Assembly: GCA_045562755.1 (NCBI GenBank)
Contig: JBJKVF010000001.1
Span: 46,715-110,714, forward strand
Direction of reading: 5' to 3'
DNA from: Dehalococcoidia bacterium
GTDB lineage: Bacteria; Chloroflexota; Dehalococcoidia; Lucifugimonadales; Lucifugimonadaceae
Length of the DNA stretch: 64,000 nucleotides
In this document: positions 56,351 to 64,000 of the stretch, one piece after another
How positions within the stretch are numbered: position 1 is the stretch's first letter
Layout: each line of letters begins with the position of its first letter
Program-made: the position numbers and the translations under genes
The notes under the pieces: model-generated
The model's database searches: none
What the model was told of the DNA's origin: nothing
Seen by the model: the letters and a program-made list of their open reading frames with translations, nothing else

Positions 56351-57846
56351 ATTTAAATGATATGAAACTATTATCTCCGGAAATATTTTTATCTATTTCT
56401 GGTCTTTTTCTATTGGTTTTATCTTTGTATAAAATCGATGTTATAAAAATTATTAATTTAGCTGTAGTATTTTTGATAATTTCTATTTTATTGGTATGTA
56501 ATCTATGGTTTGGGTGGGTGTTTGAAATTTCTACAGAAGCTGGTTTGTTAGGTACGTTTTCCACTGACAAATTTTCGCTTTTTTTTAAGTTGTTGATTTT
56601 GTTAGCTTCAGTAATAACTATTTATGGTACTTTTCACTATTTAGTTGCTGAAAAAACCAAGTATTATTTTGGAGAATTTATATCTCTGTTTTTTTTATCC
56701 ATTGTTGGTATGATGTTATTGGTATCATCTACGGAACTTATAACTATTTATGTGTCTTTAGAATTATCTGCTCTTCCGATCATAGTACTTTTATCTATTC
56801 ATAGGACTAAATTGGGTATTGAATCGGGGATTAAATTTTTTATATTATCCGCATTTTCCAGCGCATTGTTACTTTACGGTTTTATATATTTATATGGAAT
56901 AAGTGGATCAACAAATTTACTATTAATTAAAGATTCTATTTCATCTATGGATTTATCTAGTGAGAATTTTTTTCACTTTTATGGAATTATCATTTCCATT
57001 ATATTGATTATCGCTGGCTTAAGTTTTAAGATGGCTATTGTGCCTTGGCAGATGTGGATTCCAGATGTATATCAAGGTGCTCCAACTCCAGTTGCTGCAT
57101 TTTTATCAATAGCATCGAAAGCCTCAGCTTTTGCTGTGATAATAAGGATTTTTTACACAGCATTTTCTAATGAAACTTTAATGATAGATTGGTCTTTGAT
57201 TTTCGCTATTCTTGCTGCAATAACTATGACTATAGGAAATTTATTTGCATTGAATCAAAACAATATTAAGAGGTTATTAGGGTATTCAACGATCGCTCAA
57301 GCTGGCTATATTCTTATTGGTTTAGCTGCTATTCCTGGTAGTCAGTCATTAGATTTTAGTGGTGTCCAAGGTAGCATGTATTATTTAGCTGGCTATTTAT
57401 TTACTAATTTGTCAATATTTATAGTTGTAACTATTATTATTTCAAAAACTAAAGATGAAACTATTCAAGGCCTTAGTGGTTTTATAAGAATTTCACCTGT
57501 TTATTCTGTAATTTTAGTTATTGGATTATTATCACTAATTGGCATGCCTCCTACAGTTGGATTCATGTCAAAAGTTATAATATTTGGATTTGCAATAAAC
57601 TCTGGTTATCCATGGTTGGCTTTATTTGGAGTTATAAATTCTGTTCTTGCTGCATTTTACTACTTGAGAATAATACGGTTCATAGTTTTTGAAGATCCAC
57701 CAACTGATAAACTTTCTTATGTTGCTCAGCTAAGAGATAGCAGAACAGTTTTTGCGGGTGTGCTATGTTCCATACTAGTTCTTTTATTAGGAATAATTCC
57801 TTTCTTAGTGCTAGAGATGTCAAAAAAGGCTATTAATTTTATATAA
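56347..57846 (+). CDS. nuoN: NADH-quinone oxidoreductase subunit N
   Basis: Motifs FKMAIVPWQMWIPDVYQGAPTP and LLGYSTIAQAGY. Confidence 0.9.
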   Translation: MNLNDMKLLSPEIFLSISGLFLLVLSLYKIDVIKIINLAVVFLIISILLVCNLWFGWVFEISTEAGLLGTFSTDKFSLFFKLLILLASVITIYGTFHYLVAEKTKYYFGEFISLFFLSIVGMMLLVSSTELITIYVSLELSALPIIVLLSIHRTKLGIESGIKFFILSAFSSALLLYGFIYLYGISGSTNLLLIKDSISSMDLSSENFFHFYGIIISIILIIAGLSFKMAIVPWQMWIPDVYQGAPTPVAAFLSIASKASAFAVIIRIFYTAFSNETLMIDWSLIFAILAAITMTIGNLFALNQNNIKRLLGYSTIAQAGYILIGLAAIPGSQSLDFSGVQGSMYYLAGYLFTNLSIFIVVTIIISKTKDETIQGLSGFIRISPVYSVILVIGLLSLIGMPPTVGFMSKVIIFGFAINSGYPWLALFGVINSVLAAFYYLRIIRFIVFEDPPTDKLSYVAQLRDSRTVFAGVLCSILVLLLGIIPFLVLEMSKKAINFI

Positions 57847-57874
57847 TCATTATTATATAAAAAAAGAATAAAAT

Positions 57875-58711
57875 ATGACTCCATTTAAAAACATAGGCAT
57901 AATACATAATAGTTTGTCTGAACCTTCATTAGAATTGTCAAAAAAAATTATTAATAATTTTTCTTCTGATAAATCTTTTTGGAATATGAATGAAAAAGAT
58001 ATCCAAAAAGAAAAAGAAAGAATAAAAGAATCTCAATTGATGATAGCTGTTGGAGGTGATGGTACTATATTGAGAGTGGCTCATCTGGTAGCTGAATATA
58101 ATATTCCCATATTAGGAATTAATATGGGAAGAGTAGGGTTCATGAGTGAGATAGAAGAGTTGGATGCTATTAGAAATTTATCTTGGTATTTAGAGGGAAA
58201 CGCAAGACTTGAAAAACGATATATGCTTGAAGTTAAGTCTATGAAAACGGATGAAGTTTTAGCAATTTCATTAAATGATATTGCTGTAGCAAGAGGTAAT
58301 TTGATAAGAGTTGCTGAACTAGCTACATTTATAGATGGTGTTCATCTTGCAACATATAGGGGCGACGGTATCATTGTATCTACAGCAACAGGTTCCACCG
58401 GGTATAATCTTGCATTAGGAGGTCCTGTTCTTGATCCGCTATCAAAAGAATTTATACTTAAGCCAATTGCTAGTCATATGAGTCAATTTGGAGGTGTAGT
58501 GTTAAGTGGTGAATCTAGGATAAGTATTGAAATAATCAGTGATAATAGTATAAATTTCTCTTCTGATGGATTTATTGATAAGGAATTAAATAAGTCTGAT
58601 CATATAGAGATTTACCAGAGTACTAAATATATTAGTTTTTTGAGAAAAAAACAACCTTCGGAATTTTGGGGTGACTTATCTAGAAAATTAGGTATAAGAA
58701 AAGGTATTTAA
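57875..58711 (+). CDS. nadK: NAD kinase
   Basis: Motifs AVGGDGTILR and STATGSTGYNLALGGP. Confidence 0.9.
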   Translation: MTPFKNIGIIHNSLSEPSLELSKKIINNFSSDKSFWNMNEKDIQKEKERIKESQLMIAVGGDGTILRVAHLVAEYNIPILGINMGRVGFMSEIEELDAIRNLSWYLEGNARLEKRYMLEVKSMKTDEVLAISLNDIAVARGNLIRVAELATFIDGVHLATYRGDGIIVSTATGSTGYNLALGGPVLDPLSKEFILKPIASHMSQFGGVVLSGESRISIEIISDNSINFSSDGFIDKELNKSDHIEIYQSTKYISFLRKKQPSEFWGDLSRKLGIRKGI

Positions 58712-58712
58712 A

Positions 58713-59252
58713 TTGCCAAATAATTACCCTGAAATACTTAACTCAAAAAAAATTTATGATGGAGAAAAATTTTCTCTCCAAATAAAAAATCTTAAAAACT
58801 ACAAAGGTGAAAAATACAATAAAGAAATTATTAAGCATCCAGGTTCAGTTGTTATTCTACCTATTACTCAGGATAATAAAATCATTTTGATAGAACAGTA
58901 TAGGCTTGCAATAGGTAAAACTATTATTGAATTGCCAGCAGGAACTATTGAAAAAAATGAAGATCACGATTTAGCTGCAAATAGAGAACTTAGAGAAGAA
59001 ACAGGCTTTAGAGCAAAAAATATTAAATTAGTTCATAAAATGTGGGTAGCTCCTGGATACTCTTCCGAATGTTGCTATTTTTATTTAGCTGAAAATTTAG
59101 TTCCAGATCCATTACCATCTGATCTGGGAGAGGATATAATAGTATTAAGAAAAAGTATAAATGATGTAAAAGATATGATGATTTCGGGAGAAATTGAAGA
59201 TCAAATGACAATAGCATCCTTATTATATTTTTTTTATATAAAAGAAACTTAA
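58713..59252 (+). CDS. Nudix hydrolase (ADP-ribose pyrophosphatase-like)
   Basis: Nudix box GTIEKNEDHDLAANRELREETGF. TTG start 1 nt after the nadK stop. Confidence 0.85.
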   Translation: MPNNYPEILNSKKIYDGEKFSLQIKNLKNYKGEKYNKEIIKHPGSVVILPITQDNKIILIEQYRLAIGKTIIELPAGTIEKNEDHDLAANRELREETGFRAKNIKLVHKMWVAPGYSSECCYFYLAENLVPDPLPSDLGEDIIVLRKSINDVKDMMISGEIEDQMTIASLLYFFYIKET

Positions 59253-59287
59253 AAACATAGATTAGAAAGAGATTTAGGAACAACTTA

Positions 59288-60970
59288 ATGTATGAACATG
59301 ATGTTTTAATTATTGGTGGTGGTCTTGCTGGGTTAAGAGCCGGGATAGAAGTAACTCGTCACGGAGTTGATGTTGCTGTAATTTCTAAAGTTCACCCAGT
59401 TAGAAGTCATTCTAATGCTGCTCAAGGTGGAATTAATGCCCCACTGACGGATAGAGGAGATGAATGGGAAGGTCATGCATATGACACAATAAAAGGAAGT
59501 GATTTCTTGGCTGATCAAGATGCAGTAGAAATTATGTCATCTGAAGCTGGAGATGCTGTCATTGAACTAGAAAGAATGGGTGTTATTTTTTCAAGAGGAG
59601 AAGATGGTAAATTAGGAACTAGAGCTTTTGGGGGCCAAAAGGTAGCAAGAACATTTTTTGTAGGTGCTATTACAGGGTCTGCTATGCTGCATGTGTTATA
59701 TGAACAATCTGTAAAATTGGGGCTAGGTGTATATGAAGAATGGTTTGTAACAAAATTAATTATGGAAGACGGCGTTTGCAGGGGAGTTGTTGCTTATGAT
59801 ATTAAATCTGGAGAACTTCACACGATAAAAGCTAAAGCAGTCATTATGGCCAGTGGTGGTTCAGGTAGAGTTTTTGAGCCATCAACTAATGCTCTAATTT
59901 GTACAGGAGATGGATTAGCTTTAGCATATAGAGCAGGTGTACCACTAATGGATATGGAGATGATTCAATATCATCCAACTACTCTAGCACGTACAGGAAT
60001 ATTACTTTCAGAGGCAGCTAGAGGAGAAGGAGCTTATCTACTAAATTCTAATGGAGAGAGATTTATGGAAAAATATGCTCCTGATTATATGGAGCTTGCA
60101 TCAAGAGATGTAGTTTCTAGGTCTGAGCAAACAGAAATTGATGAAGGTAGAGGCATTGATGGTAATGTTCACTTAGATCTCAGACATCTTGGAAGAGATT
60201 ATATTGAGCAAAAATTAGGTTATTTAGAGGAAGTTTCCAAAGAATTTTTAGGCATTAGTATGGCAGAAGATCCTGTACCAGTTAGGCCTGGAATGCACTA
60301 TATAATGGGTGGTATTAAAACAGATTATAATGGTGCTACTAACGTACCAGGTTTATATGCTGCAGGAGAATGTGCTAATGTTAGTGTTCATGGTGCAAAT
60401 AGACTTGGAGCTAATTCATTACTTGATACAGTTGTTTTTGGTAGAAGATCCGCGATTCATGCTCTTGAATATATAAAAAATGTTGAACCACATTCTAATT
60501 CAGAAATAGACCTTAATTCTGAAAAAATTAGACTCCAATCTATCTTAGATAGGCCAAAGGGTGAGAGCATTGCTAAAGTAAGAGAAGATATGGCTGTAGG
60601 TATGACAAAAGGTATTGGTGTTTGGCGAGATCAAAGTTCTATGGAGGGTGCATTAGAAAATCTTGTTAATATTAAATCTAGGCTGCCGAGTATATCAGTA
60701 GAAAATAAGAGCAAAATTTTTAATACTAATTTACTTTTTGCTTTAGAATTAGAATTTATGGTTGATAACGCTGAAGCTATTGTACATGGAGCTTTAATGA
60801 GGAAAGAGAGTAGGGGGGCTCATTTTCGTACAGATATGCCTGAGAGGGATGACGAAAATTGGCTAAAACATACTCTTGTCTATAAAGATGAAAATAATAA
60901 TAATGGCGTTAGAACTGATACTTCACCAGTTAAAATAACTCAATGGGAACCAGTAAAAAGGGTGTATTAA
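59288..60970 (+). CDS. sdhA: Succinate dehydrogenase/fumarate reductase flavoprotein subunit
   Basis: Motifs VLIIGGGLAGLRA, RSHSNAAQGGI (FAD-linkage His context), QYHPT, RLGANSL and ESRGAHFR. Confidence 0.93.
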   Translation: MYEHDVLIIGGGLAGLRAGIEVTRHGVDVAVISKVHPVRSHSNAAQGGINAPLTDRGDEWEGHAYDTIKGSDFLADQDAVEIMSSEAGDAVIELERMGVIFSRGEDGKLGTRAFGGQKVARTFFVGAITGSAMLHVLYEQSVKLGLGVYEEWFVTKLIMEDGVCRGVVAYDIKSGELHTIKAKAVIMASGGSGRVFEPSTNALICTGDGLALAYRAGVPLMDMEMIQYHPTTLARTGILLSEAARGEGAYLLNSNGERFMEKYAPDYMELASRDVVSRSEQTEIDEGRGIDGNVHLDLRHLGRDYIEQKLGYLEEVSKEFLGISMAEDPVPVRPGMHYIMGGIKTDYNGATNVPGLYAAGECANVSVHGANRLGANSLLDTVVFGRRSAIHALEYIKNVEPHSNSEIDLNSEKIRLQSILDRPKGESIAKVREDMAVGMTKGIGVWRDQSSMEGALENLVNIKSRLPSISVENKSKIFNTNLLFALELEFMVDNAEAIVHGALMRKESRGAHFRTDMPERDDENWLKHTLVYKDENNNNGVRTDTSPVKITQWEPVKRVY

Positions 60971-61930
60971 ATGAAAGTTGACTTAAAAATTAAAAGGTTT
61001 GATCCAGCAGATTCTGGGGGGAAAACATGGTGGCAAGAGTATAGTGTTGATATTCACAAAGATTCAACAGTATTAGATGCATTAATTGAAGTAAGAGAAT
61101 ATGAAGATACCTCATTAGCATTACGCTGTGCTTGCAGAGCGTCAATATGTGGATCATGTGGAATGAAAGTTAATGGGGATGCTAAGCTTGTTTGCAAGAC
61201 TCGAGTTGTTGAAGTTTCTCCTGATGGAGATCAAATCATAGTTGAGCCAATGGGAAATCAACACGTAGTTAAAGACTTAGTAATTTCTCTTGATACTTTT
61301 TTTGATCAAATAAAAAGAGTAAAACCCTATGTTCAGCCCAATCAATCTCCTGAGAGTGGTGAATATATTGCATCTAATGATTCTATGGAAAACTTATTGA
61401 CAGCAATGAACTGCATAATGTGTGGTTGTTGTGTTTCCGATTGTACTGTTTTGGAAGTAGATAGTAATTTTATAGGCCCAGCCGCTTTAGCAAAAGCATG
61501 GAGGTTTGTTGAAGACCCTAGAGATTCTAAAAAAACAGATAGGCTCTCAGAATTGAATGATGAGGATGGAGGTATATGGGACTGTACAAGATGTATGAAA
61601 TGTGTAGAAGTATGTCCTAAAGGTGTTTCACCTATGGATAGAATTATGGAACTTAGAGAGTCTGCAATTCAATCAGGTAAGAAAAATACTTCAGGTTATC
61701 ATCATACAGAATCATTTTATAATTCTGTGAAGAAACATGGTAGATTAGATGAAACAAGATTAGCTGTAGACTCAGCTGGAATGACTAATATTCCAAGATT
61801 GTTAGATTTAGCTCCAGTTGGCATGAAGGCGATGCTGAAAGGGAAATTACCTCCAATTTTGCCACATAAATCTGAAGACCACAAAAATATTAAGAAACTT
61901 TATGATCAAGTTGAAGGAAAAGAAAAATGA
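60971..61930 (+). CDS. sdhB: Succinate dehydrogenase/fumarate reductase iron-sulfur subunit (with a roughly 70-aa C-terminal extension)
   Basis: Cluster motifs CRASICGSCGMKVNG, CIMCGCCVSDC and CTRCMKCVEVCPKG. Confidence 0.9.
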   Translation: MKVDLKIKRFDPADSGGKTWWQEYSVDIHKDSTVLDALIEVREYEDTSLALRCACRASICGSCGMKVNGDAKLVCKTRVVEVSPDGDQIIVEPMGNQHVVKDLVISLDTFFDQIKRVKPYVQPNQSPESGEYIASNDSMENLLTAMNCIMCGCCVSDCTVLEVDSNFIGPAALAKAWRFVEDPRDSKKTDRLSELNDEDGGIWDCTRCMKCVEVCPKGVSPMDRIMELRESAIQSGKKNTSGYHHTESFYNSVKKHGRLDETRLAVDSAGMTNIPRLLDLAPVGMKAMLKGKLPPILPHKSEDHKNIKKLYDQVEGKEK

Positions 61931-62817
61931 AATATGCTTTTTATCCAGGCTGTGTTGCTAAGGGTGGTGCGCCAGAACTTTATGATTCAGCTATGGCTGT
62001 TATGAAAAAATTAGATATTGAATTAGAAGAACTCACTAAGGCTGCATGTACTGGCGCGGGAGTTCTTCAAGAAAAAAACTTAAAGATGGGCGATGTATTA
62101 AATGTAAGAACTTTTGCTATGGCAGAAAATATGGGCTTACCAATATTAGTTTTGTGCTCAACCTGCCAAGGTGTTATGAGTCAAGCTAATTATAGAGTCA
62201 AGAAAGATCCAGAATATCTTAAAGAAATTAACGAAATATTATCAGAAGAAAATTTAGAGTACAAAGGTACTACAGATATTAAACATCTTTTGTGGGTAAT
62301 TATTGAAGATATTGGGTTAGAAAAATTAAAATCTACTTTCACTAAAGAATTAACGGGAATGAATATGGCTCCATTCTACGGTTGCTACATGGTCAGACCT
62401 TCAGATGCTTTAGGTTTCAAGGAAAATCCTACTAGGGAAACATCTGTTGAAGAGCTAATTGAAGCTGTTGGTGGAAATGTTACAGATTTTGCTGGTAAAA
62501 CTGCTTGTTGTGGTTTTCCTATATTATTCATAAATCAAGCAAATTCAATGAAGATGGTTGCAAATCATACTGGAACAGCCAAAGAAAAAGGAGCTGATGC
62601 TATGGTTACTCCATGTCCTTTGTGCCATCTAAATTTAGATGGTTACCAAGCAAAAGCTAGGAAACAGGTAAGAAACGAAAAAGCTGATTTACCTATAATT
62701 CATGTCCCTCAATTAATAGGATTAGCAATGGGTATGAAAGAAAAAGAATTAGGATTGCAAAAACATATAGTATCAACTAAAGATATAGTTAAAAAAGTCG
62801 AACAGATCACCATATAA
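61927..62817 (+). CDS. CCG-domain (HdrB-like) subunit of non-classical succinate dehydrogenase/fumarate reductase (SdhE/TfrB-C-like)
   Basis: Two cysteine-rich CCG-type repeats: YPGC...AACTGAG...LCSTCQG and FYGC...KTACCGFP...TPCPLCH. A 4-nt overlap with sdhB. Confidence 0.75.
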   Translation: MKYAFYPGCVAKGGAPELYDSAMAVMKKLDIELEELTKAACTGAGVLQEKNLKMGDVLNVRTFAMAENMGLPILVLCSTCQGVMSQANYRVKKDPEYLKEINEILSEENLEYKGTTDIKHLLWVIIEDIGLEKLKSTFTKELTGMNMAPFYGCYMVRPSDALGFKENPTRETSVEELIEAVGGNVTDFAGKTACCGFPILFINQANSMKMVANHTGTAKEKGADAMVTPCPLCHLNLDGYQAKARKQVRNEKADLPIIHVPQLIGLAMGMKEKELGLQKHIVSTKDIVKKVEQITI

Positions 62818-64000
62818 TTTTATCTTCAATTTTGGGATCAAATTTTGTATTTTTCTCAAGTGGGAAAATAGGCCTATTACATATTGTATGTCCTAAAGAA
62901 TGTAAATTTGCACTAGTTGCTCCAGGCGCATCGATATTAAAGTTTATAGTACTCCATTCATCAAAAAACTCAGGTCTACAATGTGGAGACTTAACAATAA
63001 TTAGATCAAATCTTTTTGGATTTATACCATTGCCAAAAAATATTGATCTATCAAATAAGCTGATAGGTTTTGATGTACATACAATTGTAAAATTATCAGA
63101 AATTAAAACTACTGTTTTGCCTGCATTTCTCTTTACGTTTCTACTCTCCTCAATATGATCACCATCAGAAATGAGCTTAACTCGAAATTTCATTTCATAT
63201 GGCTTAAATTGATTGTCAAAATAACCACCTAATTTTCCATAAAATTCACTACCAATACCACTATTAATGGCTTTCTTCACTAAACTAGGATCGGCAATAG
63301 GAGCAAGAACTTTTTTATTATATTTTTTTTTATGTAAAAATTTTATTATATAGTTTGAATCTCCAGGTGCCCCTGAAGAAGGTGCATCAGCGGCATCAGT
63401 AAAAATTATAGTTCCTTGTATTTTTTTTGATTGTTCATATGCTTGATCTATTTCAATTAATTTCGATTGCATTTTTGATCTATTTTTCCAAAAGTCATTT
63501 GCTATAGATTTAATTATTTGTTTATTTTCATTATGAAATTTATCATATATAAAATATATTTGTGAGCATAATTCAGGTACATCTGTGAATGGGTTACCTA
63601 TATGAAAACCACCAGAAATTATTTTTTTTTCAAATTCTAATTTTTTTATTTTATTTATTTGATTACCAAAGCAACCTGTTTCAGTTATGAGTTCATCTCC
63701 TCGTACTAATGCTGGTATTTTTATCCTTGCTATATCTAGTTTTGCGCCACTTATAATATAAGTTAACAAATCTGCAGCTCTTTCCCCTGTATTGAAAAAA
63801 TCTACATGAGGATAAGTGTGAAAACTTGTAAAACCATCACTATATGTAATCATTTTTTTTGTAAGTATGCCATGTAAGTCCATTGAAAAAACTATAGGTA
63901 CTGATTCGCCAAAAATTCTTCTGGTTTTTTCAATTATCCATCCTTCTGGATCATTTTCACTTATTCCTTGCATAGCTCCATGAAGAGAAAGATAGATTCC
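62807..64000 (-). CDS. M81-family (MlrC-like) metallopeptidase; the N-terminus lies beyond the window end
   Basis: The reading frame stays open upstream of the listed ATG to the window edge (..GIYLSLHGAMQGISENDPEGW, the MlrC/DUF1485 LHGAM motif). The C-terminal MlrC_C-like domain is present. Confidence 0.7.
   Translation of the reverse strand, partial: GIYLSLHGAMQGISENDPEGWIIEKTRRIFGESVPIVFSMDLHGILTKKMITYSDGFTSFHTYPHVDFFNTGERAADLLTYIISGAKLDIARIKIPALVRGDELITETGCFGNQINKIKKLEFEKKIISGGFHIGNPFTDVPELCSQIYFIYDKFHNENKQIIKSIANDFWKNRSKMQSKLIEIDQAYEQSKKIQGTIIFTDAADAPSSGAPGDSNYIIKFLHKKKYNKKVLAPIADPSLVKKAINSGIGSEFYGKLGGYFDNQFKPYEMKFRVKLISDGDHIEESRNVKRNAGKTVVLISDNFTIVCTSKPISLFDRSIFFGNGINPKRFDLIIVKSPHCRPEFFDEWSTINFNIDAPGATSANLHSLGHTICNRPIFPLEKNTKFDPKIEDKIIW

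Noticed and set aside
1-64000. Defence systems, CRISPR arrays, prophage or transposon remnants, and toxin-antitoxin pairs.
   Set aside because: I searched gene by gene and gap by gap. All sizeable ORFs have housekeeping or metabolic motifs, or are isolated hypotheticals with no nuclease, ATPase or other motifs typical of defence systems. No gap exceeds about 165 nt, and no spaced repeat arrays are present.

Overview
The window is AT-rich (about one-third G+C by eye) and very gene-dense. I count about 64 protein genes, one tRNA, one TPP riboswitch and one clear intrinsic terminator. Intergenic gaps are mostly under 160 nt, and many neighbouring genes overlap at their start or stop codons. The content is almost entirely chromosomal housekeeping and central metabolism. 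It includes: ispH, prs, secA and valS; a CoA/ACP/NAD(P)HX cofactor cluster (coaBC, coaX, nnrD-like, acpS); folD; pyruvate dehydrogenase E1alpha/E1beta/E2; a long ThyX-like gene; a thiamine-precursor ABC transporter plus thiD behind a TPP riboswitch; XdhC/MocA molybdenum-cofactor maturation genes; four enolase-superfamily paralogs, two of them tandem ManD-like; a cytoplasmic Cys-type sulfatase; two cyclophilins; lipB and thrC; an 11-gene nuo operon (A B C D H I J K L M N, no E/F/G); nadK; a Nudix hydrolase; and a three-gene SdhA/SdhB/HdrB-like succinate dehydrogenase or fumarate reductase. The gene complement (11-subunit complex I, CCG-type Sdh subunit, long ThyX, many enolase-superfamily, SDR and sulfatase genes, lipobox lipoproteins, extreme streamlining) fits a streamlined marine bacterium, possibly Chloroflexota (SAR202 or Dehalococcoidia-like). 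That placement is inference only. I see no transposase, integrase, prophage, CRISPR array, toxin-antitoxin pair or recognisable defence system, and no non-coding gap is large enough to hide one. The most noteworthy items are modest. (1) A TPP riboswitch sits inside the transporter gene set and appears to use its own conserved 3' core as the Shine-Dalgarno. (2) An ornithine-cyclodeaminase-family gene is tightly coupled into that thiamine operon. (3) A DUF2007-like 64-codon ORF is translationally wedged between nuoK and nuoL of an N-module-less complex I, whose NuoI also carries an insertion. (4) The Sdh/Frd has no membrane anchor gene. (5) A small SUOX-fold molybdoenzyme overlaps an FNR-like reductase gene. 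(6) The tandem ManD paralogs have C-terminal ~88 residues that are almost identical in protein but diverged at synonymous sites. (7) A membrane-anchored vWA-like protein has a degenerate MIDAS site.
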